Shown in pieces: positions 1-7,472 of a stretch of DNA of 62,095 bases. Within the stretch, counting starts at the first letter, position 1, and each line of letters begins with the position of its first letter. The DNA lies in IMG/VR virus record IMGVR_UViG_3300030427_000031, positions 1-62,095 of that record; one strand, 5' to 3'. The stretch comes from a virus. Its lineage: Duplodnaviria; Caudoviricetes. The notes below the pieces were generated by a model. That model ran no database searches, was not told where the DNA came from, and was given only the letters and a program-made list of their open reading frames with translations. The position numbers were made by a program, and so were the translations under genes.

Positions 1-237
1 GACGCGGTGCTGCTGGACCCACCCCGCAAAGGCGCCCGCCCGGAGGTTCTGGAAGCCGTGTCAGCCATGGGTCCCGCCCGGGTGGTCTATATCTCCTGCG
101 ACCCCGGCACCATGTCCAGAGACCTGGGCCTGCTGGCGGCCAAAGGTTACCGGGTGGAAGAGGTTCAGCCGGTGGACATGTTTCCGTGGACCCACCATGT
201 TGAGACTGTTGTCTTGATGTCACGCAAAGATAAATAA
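1..237 (+). CDS. rlmD: 3' end of 23S rRNA (uracil-C5)-methyltransferase RlmD/RumA (partial; last codons supplied by the prophage)
   Basis: Motifs DPPRKG, YISCDPGT and VDMFPWTHHVETV typical of the TrmA/RumA family; GC-rich compared with the downstream DNA. Confidence 0.93.
   Translation, partial: DAVLLDPPRKGARPEVLEAVSAMGPARVVYISCDPGTMSRDLGLLAAKGYRVEEVQPVDMFPWTHHVETVVLMSRKDK
172..222 (+). repeat. attL
   Basis: CCATGTTGAGACTGT at 195-209 matches CCATGTGGAGACAGT at 57227-57241; TGATGTCA (215-222) is the inverse of TGACATCA (57203-57210). Confidence 0.85.
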
Positions 238-263
238 ATAGGCTGAAAATAGCTTGAAATCAG

Positions 264-317
264 AGGTTTCCAGACTTTCGGTAACAATCACCGATTAATG
301 GAAACCTTATTTTTTTA
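264..317 (+). terminator. Probable intrinsic terminator after rlmD
   Basis: AGGTTTCCA...TGGAAACCT stem with an inner TCGGT/ACCGA stem, followed by a T-run. Confidence 0.6.
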
Positions 318-506
318 TCGTTCAAAAGTAGCCCCGGTTTAAGAGTATTGTTGGGTTGAGGCTATAGAACTGCTTTTTAACCCGCGAGACAAGGGAACTA
401 CTGTTTTCGGATAGGGTTGAAACTAGGGAACTGTTGCCGCATGAGTAGAGGTATTTTCTATAAAGAGGAATCATACAACTATAAATCTTGGTAGCTTGTA
501 ATTTAA

Positions 507-568
507 TTTGGTATGCTAATACCAAAATTCAAAAAGAGCTTGACATTATTATTTGGGTGTGATATTCT
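507..568 (+). promoter_or_regulatory. SigA-type promoter of the RM operon with an upstream palindrome
   Basis: TTGACA (540-545), 17 nt spacer, TG-extended TATTCT (563-568); TTTGGTAT-N4-ATACCAAA at 507-526. Confidence 0.65.
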
Positions 569-610
569 TAGTACAGTTAAAGAAGTAAATTGAACCAAAG
601 GAGGTAAAAC

Positions 611-2215
611 ATGACTAATGCGACCTTTGAGTATATGAATCTTTTCAGAGGGTATATGGGGATCGACTCCTACGTTCCTGCTGCGCTTCTTGTGGCTGAA
701 ACTAAGGAAGAATGCCAGAGCAGAAAAATGTCAGATGGGTCAGAAGATCGCATCTACGAGACGATGCTCTCGGTGGCTGATAGGCTTAATATCGTAAATC
801 CATTTAAGGACAAGGAACAATTTGTCCGAATATATAAAGCATACGGTGATTTCACTGGAGAACTCGATTGGGAAATGATGATGGCTGAGAGCACCAAAGG
901 GTTTAGATACTCAGCAATATCTAACGCCCTATTTAAGGAGTACAATAATCACTTTAAACTTGATGCCGATGAAGTTCTTATTGCCGAAGGTGAAAAATTC
1001 ATCCCTAACCTGAAAAGGCTTGTTGATGAACATCCTGGCTGCAGCTTTACCATCACGACTGAAAATACAATCAGCCATCAAGTAATTAACAGGATTTTTG
1101 CTGGTTATGAGAATGTAGAGATATTGAATGCCAGCATATATCAGTATGGCTTTACAAACAAGCGGTACGACCTCATTTTCTCTGTTCCTAACTTTGGAAC
1201 AAGAAACCTTGTAGAAGATGAGAACTTCATGTGCAGAGATCAAGATGCTGTAGCACTTGAAAACCTGCTTCTTCATACAACCGGTGGCGGTGAGCTTGTA
1301 ATAACGATGCCTGCAAGAATCACATACGCTCAGGGAAAGAATGGTGAGCTTAGGAGGTTTGTGCAGCAGACTTACCGTGTTAAGGAAATCGCTGAGCTTC
1401 CGGAGGGAACCTTTGAAGGCACAGGAATTAAAACCTACCTCATTGATGTTGTCAATACTAAGCCGGGTGATGATGATGTAATAGTTCGTCGTTACAAAGC
1501 TGAGAATCGTAAAAACAGACGTGACACAGCTGGAGAACTTATTATTGAAGAAGAGACATTTGTTATGTCTGATGAACTCGAGGAGCTTGGTGACTGGAAC
1601 ATAAATAAAATATTCTCACAGCAGGATGAAGAATGGGTTAAATTTCAGGAGTCTTCTGTTCGCAGAATGGCTCTGGGAGATATCGCAGAAATCTTCCGTG
1701 GAAAATCAGTAGCAAAGAAAGACCCGACTGGAAGTATCGGAGTTGTAAATATCTCCAACATTGGCGAGTACGATATCAGCTACGACAGTCTGGACCATTT
1801 AGATGAAGAAGAACGGAAGGTTACGAACTACCTACTAAAAGAAGGCGACGTACTAATCCCCGCGAGAGGTACTGCAATCAGAACTGCAATATTTCATGAG
1901 CAAAGTTACCCTTGCATTGCTTCATCAAATGTCATTGTTATTCGTCCGGAGCCAAAGATGCTTAACAGCACTTACCTTAAGCTATTCTTAGACAGTCCTC
2001 TTGGTGAAAAGATGATAAGCGGAGTGCAGCAAGGAATAACAATTATAAACATCAGCTACAAAGACCTTAAGGTGTTAGAAATTCCTCTTCCTTCTATCGA
2101 GGAGCAACAGCAAAAAGCTGATGAATATACAAATGAATTGAGAATTTATAAAGACACCATCGCAGCTGCTGAAAAGCGCTGGAATGAGGTCGTAAATATG
2201 TTACGAGAATTTTAA
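611..2215 (+). CDS. Degenerate HsdM-like (N6-MTase fold) domain fused to a single HsdS-type TRD
   Basis: YDLIFSVPNFG where NPPF/Y is expected; ELPEGTFEGTGIKT is HsdM-like; C-terminus LGDIAEIFRGK...GDVLI...IPLPSIEEQQ is a TRD plus conserved helix. Confidence 0.7.
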   Translation: MTNATFEYMNLFRGYMGIDSYVPAALLVAETKEECQSRKMSDGSEDRIYETMLSVADRLNIVNPFKDKEQFVRIYKAYGDFTGELDWEMMMAESTKGFRYSAISNALFKEYNNHFKLDADEVLIAEGEKFIPNLKRLVDEHPGCSFTITTENTISHQVINRIFAGYENVEILNASIYQYGFTNKRYDLIFSVPNFGTRNLVEDENFMCRDQDAVALENLLLHTTGGGELVITMPARITYAQGKNGELRRFVQQTYRVKEIAELPEGTFEGTGIKTYLIDVVNTKPGDDDVIVRRYKAENRKNRRDTAGELIIEEETFVMSDELEELGDWNINKIFSQQDEEWVKFQESSVRRMALGDIAEIFRGKSVAKKDPTGSIGVVNISNIGEYDISYDSLDHLDEEERKVTNYLLKEGDVLIPARGTAIRTAIFHEQSYPCIASSNVIVIRPEPKMLNSTYLKLFLDSPLGEKMISGVQQGITIINISYKDLKVLEIPLPSIEEQQQKADEYTNELRIYKDTIAAAEKRWNEVVNMLREF

Positions 2216-2229
2216 TTGGAGGTGCTATT

Positions 2230-4647
2230 TTGTTAGGAGCTATTATCGGGGACATTGTTGGTTCCCGTTTCGAATGGAATAATAACAGGAGCAAACAGTT
2301 TGACTTCCTGACTTATAAATGCAGTGTTACAGATGACTCCATCATGTCATTAGCAATAGCTAGAGCTCTGTTGGAAAGTAAAGCTGATTACAGCGATCTA
2401 TCTAAAAATGCAGTGAAGTATATGCAAGGTATTGGAAGGCACTATCCGAATTGTGGGTATGGTGGCCGATTCAGAGATTGGATACATTCTGATAATCCAA
2501 AGCCTTATAATAGCTACGGAAATGGGTCAGCAATGCGTGTCAGCGCGTGTGGCTTCGTGGCCAACAGCCTGGAAGAAGTTAAAAAGCTATCAAAAGCAGT
2601 GACAGAAGTAACTCACAATCATTCGGAAGGCTTAAAAGGTGCTGAAGCAACAGCAGTTGCTATCTTTCTTGCCCGCTCAGGAAAGAACCTACTAGAGATT
2701 CGTGATTATATAACGAAGAACTATTATCCGCTGAACTTTACGCTTGATGGAATTCGCGACAGCTACGAGTTTAACGAGAGCTGCCAAGATACAGTGCCTC
2801 AAGCACTGGAAGCCTTCTTCGAGTCAAAGAATTTTGAAGATGCAATCCGTAATGCAATATCAATTGGAGGCGACAGTGATACCCTTGCAGCTATTACAGG
2901 AGGCATCGCAGAAGCCTATTACGGGATACCTACAGAAATCAGAAAACACGCTCTGACATTCCTTGATGAGCGTCTACTTAAGATAATTGTAGAGTTTGAA
3001 AACAAGTATCCATCAAAGATGGAAAAACTCAATGTCGATGGTAGTGTTTGCATTGAAAGGAGCAAAGAAACTAAGGTAGAGACTGGAGATCGAAACGCTA
3101 TGATACAGTCATCTGTAGAAACAGCAGATAAAGAATTAAAAGATTCTATTCCAACAAACAAAGAAATAACTAGCCAGCAGTTATTTAATCACCTTTTTGA
3201 GGCTTGCAATATTCTTCGTGGACCAATAAACCAAGATGAGTACAAAAGCTATGTGACTCCTATTCTTTTCTTCAAGAGAATTAGTGATGTCTACGACGAA
3301 GAAACACAAGATGCTCTTGAGCGCTCTGGAGGCGATGAAGAATATGCCAGTTTTCCAGAAAACCACAGCTTTGACATCCCTGAAGGATGCCACTGGCAGG
3401 ATGTCCGTGAAGCAAGTGAAAACGTAGGTGTCGCAATCGTAAAAGCGATGAATGGAATTGAACGTGCAAATCCAGATACATTAAGCGGTGTGTTCAGCAG
3501 TTTCGATGATGCCAACTGGACTGACAAAACGAAGCTATCCGACGAACGACTCAAAAACCTCATTGAGCATATGTCCAAAATAAAAGTCGGTAATACAAAC
3601 TATTCTGCAGATGTTATGGGCGATAGCTACGAATTTCTTATTAAGAAGTTTGCTGACCTGTCAAAGAAGAATGCAGGTGAGTTCTATACCCCACGTTCCA
3701 TTGTAAAACTTCTTATCATGCTGTTGGCTCCCCAGATCGGAGAAACAGTTTATGACCCCGCTTGCGGAACCGGTGGCATGTTAATTGAAGCCATCCGCTA
3801 TATGAAAGGTGATAAATTGACATACGGTCGCATCTATGGTCAAGAGAAAAACCTATCAACATCCGCAATTGCTCGTATGAATCTGTTCTTACATGGTGCA
3901 AAGGACTTCAAGGTAACACAGGGCGACACTCTTCGCTTTCCAAATTATCATGATGGCGGCAAATTGAAAACTTTTGACTGTGTCGTTGCTAATCCGCCTT
4001 TTTCTCTGAAGAGCTGGGGCGCCGAACAGTTCAGTTCAGATATTTATGGTCGAAACATGTGGGGATGCCCATCGGATTTAAATGCCGACTATGCATGGTT
4101 ACAACACATGGTGAAGTCTATGAATCAGAAGACCGGTCGATGTGCAGTTGTTCTGCCGCAGGGCGTGCTATTCCGCAGTGGCAAAGAAAGCGAAATTCGT
4201 AAGCAGCTTGTTGAATCGGATAAGTTGGAATGCGTTATTACATTGGTAGGTGGTGTCTTCTATTCCACCGGTGTCTCGGCATGTATTCTTCTTCTTAATA
4301 ACCATAAAAAGAATGAGCACAAGGGGCGCATCTGCATGATCGATGCCTCCGACATCTATACCGCACAGCGGGCACAAAACATCATGACTGACGATGATAT
4401 TAACAAGGTATTCAAATTCTACGCCGACTACAAGGATGTCATCGAAAATGTGAAGGTTGCCACTATCCCCGATGTAAGAGAAAAAGACTACACCTTAGAC
4501 ATTAAAAATTATATCGAAAAGAAAGAACAAGAAATCGTCCCTCCGGCAGAAGTGCGCAGGCAATACTTCGAAGCCTTCGATGAAATGCTGGAAGCCGAGG
4601 AAACAATGAGAAATCTTCTCATGGAAGGAGGATATGTCAATGAGTAA
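2230..4647 (+). CDS. hsdM: ADP-ribosylglycohydrolase (DraG/ARH) fused to Type I HsdM (NPPF, predicted m6A)
   Basis: N-terminus GAIIGDIVGS, TDDS, GNGSAMR, THNH, GGDSDT; C-terminus GEFYTP, DPACGTGG, NPPF; single uninterrupted frame, TTG start after GGAGG. Confidence 0.88.
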   Translation: MLGAIIGDIVGSRFEWNNNRSKQFDFLTYKCSVTDDSIMSLAIARALLESKADYSDLSKNAVKYMQGIGRHYPNCGYGGRFRDWIHSDNPKPYNSYGNGSAMRVSACGFVANSLEEVKKLSKAVTEVTHNHSEGLKGAEATAVAIFLARSGKNLLEIRDYITKNYYPLNFTLDGIRDSYEFNESCQDTVPQALEAFFESKNFEDAIRNAISIGGDSDTLAAITGGIAEAYYGIPTEIRKHALTFLDERLLKIIVEFENKYPSKMEKLNVDGSVCIERSKETKVETGDRNAMIQSSVETADKELKDSIPTNKEITSQQLFNHLFEACNILRGPINQDEYKSYVTPILFFKRISDVYDEETQDALERSGGDEEYASFPENHSFDIPEGCHWQDVREASENVGVAIVKAMNGIERANPDTLSGVFSSFDDANWTDKTKLSDERLKNLIEHMSKIKVGNTNYSADVMGDSYEFLIKKFADLSKKNAGEFYTPRSIVKLLIMLLAPQIGETVYDPACGTGGMLIEAIRYMKGDKLTYGRIYGQEKNLSTSAIARMNLFLHGAKDFKVTQGDTLRFPNYHDGGKLKTFDCVVANPPFSLKSWGAEQFSSDIYGRNMWGCPSDLNADYAWLQHMVKSMNQKTGRCAVVLPQGVLFRSGKESEIRKQLVESDKLECVITLVGGVFYSTGVSACILLLNNHKKNEHKGRICMIDASDIYTAQRAQNIMTDDDINKVFKFYADYKDVIENVKVATIPDVREKDYTLDIKNYIEKKEQEIVPPAEVRRQYFEAFDEMLEAEETMRNLLMEGGYVNE

Positions 4648-6136
4648 GCGCATAACAATCGAAGAACTGCAGTCTTATTTATGGAACTCTGCTGTTCTTC
4701 TCCGTACTAGCATAGATGCCGGGGCCTATAAGCAATACATTTTTCCGCTACTGTTCTTCAAACGCATCTGTGACGTTTTTGATGAAGAGTGTCAAAGGAT
4801 CATAAAGGAATATGGTGACGAAGAAGCCCTGGAGTTTGAAGAAAATCACCGCTTTCAGGTGCCCAAAGGCGCCCATTGGAATGATGTTCGCGCGGTTTCA
4901 GAAAATGTTGGTGTTGCCATTGTAGACGCATTCCGTAAGATAGAAAATGCAAATTTAGATAAGCTGCAAGGCATTTTTGGTGATGGTGCTTGGACAAACA
5001 AGAATCGTTTACCAGATCGCCTGCTGAAAGAACTCATCGAGCACTTCAGCACAAAGACCTTGTCTATCGAAAACTGTCCTGAGGACGAACTTGGCCAGGG
5101 ATATGAATACCTGATCAAAAAATTTGCTGACGACAGCGGTCACACAGCTCAGGAATTCTATACGAATCGTACTGTAGTCCATCTGATGACAGAGATGCTC
5201 AAGCCAGAATCTGGTGAGTCAATCTATGATCCGACATGCGGCAGTGCTGGCATGCTAATCTCTGCTATTGCGTACCTACAGCAGCAGAAAAAAGAATGGC
5301 GCAACGTTGCTATTTTTGGTCAGGAAATCAACGTACTAACATCTGCTATTGGCAAGATGAATCTGTTTCTTCATGGTGTGAAGGACTTTGATATTGTAAA
5401 TGGTGACACACTGAAATCTCCAGCTTTCATTGAAAACGGAAAACTTAAACAATTTGATATGGTCCTTGCTAATCCGCCTTATTCTATTAGTCAGTGGGAC
5501 CGTGAAGCTTTTGCAAGCGATAAATATGGACGCAACTTCCTGGGTATCCCGCCGCAAGGCCGCGCCGATTATGCTTTCTTACAGCATATCTTGATGAGCC
5601 TAAAAAAGGATACCGGCCGTTGTGCAATACTTTTCCCACATGGAGTGCTGTTCCGCAACGAGGAAAGCAGTATGCGTGAAAAACTGGTTCGCAGTGATAT
5701 GCTCGAATGTGTCATAGGTCTAGGGCCAAACCTGTTTTACAATTCCCCAATGGAGGCTTGTATAATAATTTGCCGAACAAATAAGCGTCCGGAGCGTCGC
5801 GGTCAAGTTCTCTTTATTAACGCAGTCAATGAGGTGGAACGAAAGAATGCTCAGAGCTATTTGGAAGACAAACATATTAAAAGAATTGCATCAGCCTATG
5901 AAAAATATAAGACGGACGACAGTTTTGCCCGAGTTGTCACAATTCAAGACATCGAAGGCAACAATTTTTCGCTTAGTATACCTCTTTACGTTAAATATTC
6001 TGACCAAGAGACCGAAGCAGATGAGCGATCTCTCCAGGAACGTTACGAGAGCTGGAGAACACATTCAGAAATGATGAAACTTCGCTACATTAAATTAAAC
6101 AATATGGTTGGAAAGGAGGCTGAGTGCAATGAGTAA
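4640..6136 (+). CDS. hsdM: Second Type I HsdM (NPPY, predicted m4C)
   Basis: EFYTN, DPTCGSAG and NPPY motifs; start chosen by RBS spacing. Confidence 0.9.
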   Translation: MSKRITIEELQSYLWNSAVLLRTSIDAGAYKQYIFPLLFFKRICDVFDEECQRIIKEYGDEEALEFEENHRFQVPKGAHWNDVRAVSENVGVAIVDAFRKIENANLDKLQGIFGDGAWTNKNRLPDRLLKELIEHFSTKTLSIENCPEDELGQGYEYLIKKFADDSGHTAQEFYTNRTVVHLMTEMLKPESGESIYDPTCGSAGMLISAIAYLQQQKKEWRNVAIFGQEINVLTSAIGKMNLFLHGVKDFDIVNGDTLKSPAFIENGKLKQFDMVLANPPYSISQWDREAFASDKYGRNFLGIPPQGRADYAFLQHILMSLKKDTGRCAILFPHGVLFRNEESSMREKLVRSDMLECVIGLGPNLFYNSPMEACIIICRTNKRPERRGQVLFINAVNEVERKNAQSYLEDKHIKRIASAYEKYKTDDSFARVVTIQDIEGNNFSLSIPLYVKYSDQETEADERSLQERYESWRTHSEMMKLRYIKLNNMVGKEAECNE

Positions 6137-7250
6137 AGTGCATTTAGGAGACGTCGCCAAAGAGCGAAAAGAGACCTGTAAAGATAGTAAGAACGGATAC
6201 CCAATTGTTGGTCTTGAGCACCTGACCCCAGAAGAAATCACCTTGTCTGCCTGGGAGGAAGATAAAGAGAATTCTTTTTCGAAGTTGTTCCACAAGGGAG
6301 ACGTACTTTTTGGTCGCCGACGCGCGTATCTGAAGAAAGCTGTTGTTGCTCCTTTTGACGGTATCTGCTCCGGTGACATAACAGTTATTGAGGCCATCCC
6401 GGAGAAAATTCTACCAGAGCTACTGCCATTTATCATACAGAACGACGCCCTTTTTAACTACGCCACCAACAAATCGGCAGGCTCTCTCTCTCCCCGAGTG
6501 AAGTGGGAACATCTAAAAAACTACGAGTTTGAACTGCCTGATATGAAAAAACAGCGTGAATTAGCTAAAGTGCTTTGGGCTATGGATGCCACAAAGAAAT
6601 CCTACCAAAAGTTACTACAGAAAACTGATGAGCTTGTTAAATCCCGATTTGTTGAAATGTTCCATGATTGTCATCGAGAAAAGCTGGGTGATATATGTCA
6701 GATTAAAGCGAGAATTGGTTGGCAAGGACTGAAAAAAAATGAATATCTCAGTTCTGGGGATTATTTACTTGTAACTGGTGTTGATTTTGTAAAAAATCGT
6801 ATAGATTTTGAACACTGTTTTTATGTTGATAAGGAACGATATGAGCAGGACGAATACATTCAGTTGCAAGCAGGTGATGTTCTTATTACCAAAGACGGCA
6901 CCATAGGAAAAGTTGCTTTTGTTGAGGAAATACCCATGCCGGCTACACTCAATAGTGGAGTTTTCGTAGTAAGAGATTTATATGGTAAGGTTAGCAATTG
7001 GTTTCTGTACTACGCATTCATGACAAAAGAGTTTGAGACTTTCGTTGAAGGATGTAAGACTGGGTCAACAATAGCCCACCTGAATCAGGGAGCATTTATC
7101 AATTATGAGATCCCTGTACCTAATACTGCTATGCAGGAGGAGTTCGTTTTATTCGCCCGACAGAGCGATAAATCAAAATTTGAACTGGAACAAGCGCTTG
7201 CGGAGTTAACGACAACCTATAAGAAGATAATTTCCGAGAACCTGGGCTAA
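6129..7250 (+). CDS. hsdS: Type I RM specificity subunit
   Basis: Two TRDs (LGDVA..., LGDIC...) with helical spacers; lies between hsdM and hsdR. Confidence 0.9.
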   Translation: MSKVHLGDVAKERKETCKDSKNGYPIVGLEHLTPEEITLSAWEEDKENSFSKLFHKGDVLFGRRRAYLKKAVVAPFDGICSGDITVIEAIPEKILPELLPFIIQNDALFNYATNKSAGSLSPRVKWEHLKNYEFELPDMKKQRELAKVLWAMDATKKSYQKLLQKTDELVKSRFVEMFHDCHREKLGDICQIKARIGWQGLKKNEYLSSGDYLLVTGVDFVKNRIDFEHCFYVDKERYEQDEYIQLQAGDVLITKDGTIGKVAFVEEIPMPATLNSGVFVVRDLYGKVSNWFLYYAFMTKEFETFVEGCKTGSTIAHLNQGAFINYEIPVPNTAMQEEFVLFARQSDKSKFELEQALAELTTTYKKIISENLG

Positions 7251-7472
7251 GTCAAAACGGAAACTTGCTGAAGCCACATAAGATTACCCAGGCCGAACGT
7301 CCACTTGCACTTTTTATAATTGAAATAGCTCCAGCGAGATTCAGAAGAAAGAGCATTCAGTTCTCACAAGGATCACGCCGGATAAGATAATTAATTACGC
7401 TTTCTGCCCGGACCGACGTAATGAAGCTGTCCGGCACGGATATTAAAAATTTAATGATGGGAGGAAATGTTT

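Noticed and set aside
330-480. Weak direct repeats (GGGTTGA..CTA..GAACTG) and the 67-aa reverse ORF after attL
   Set aside because: Only two degenerate copies and no RBS or recognisable motif; cannot support a call.
6129-7470. Phase-variable hsdS shufflon
   Set aside because: No inverted silent hsdS copies, long inverted repeats or adjacent invertase seen.
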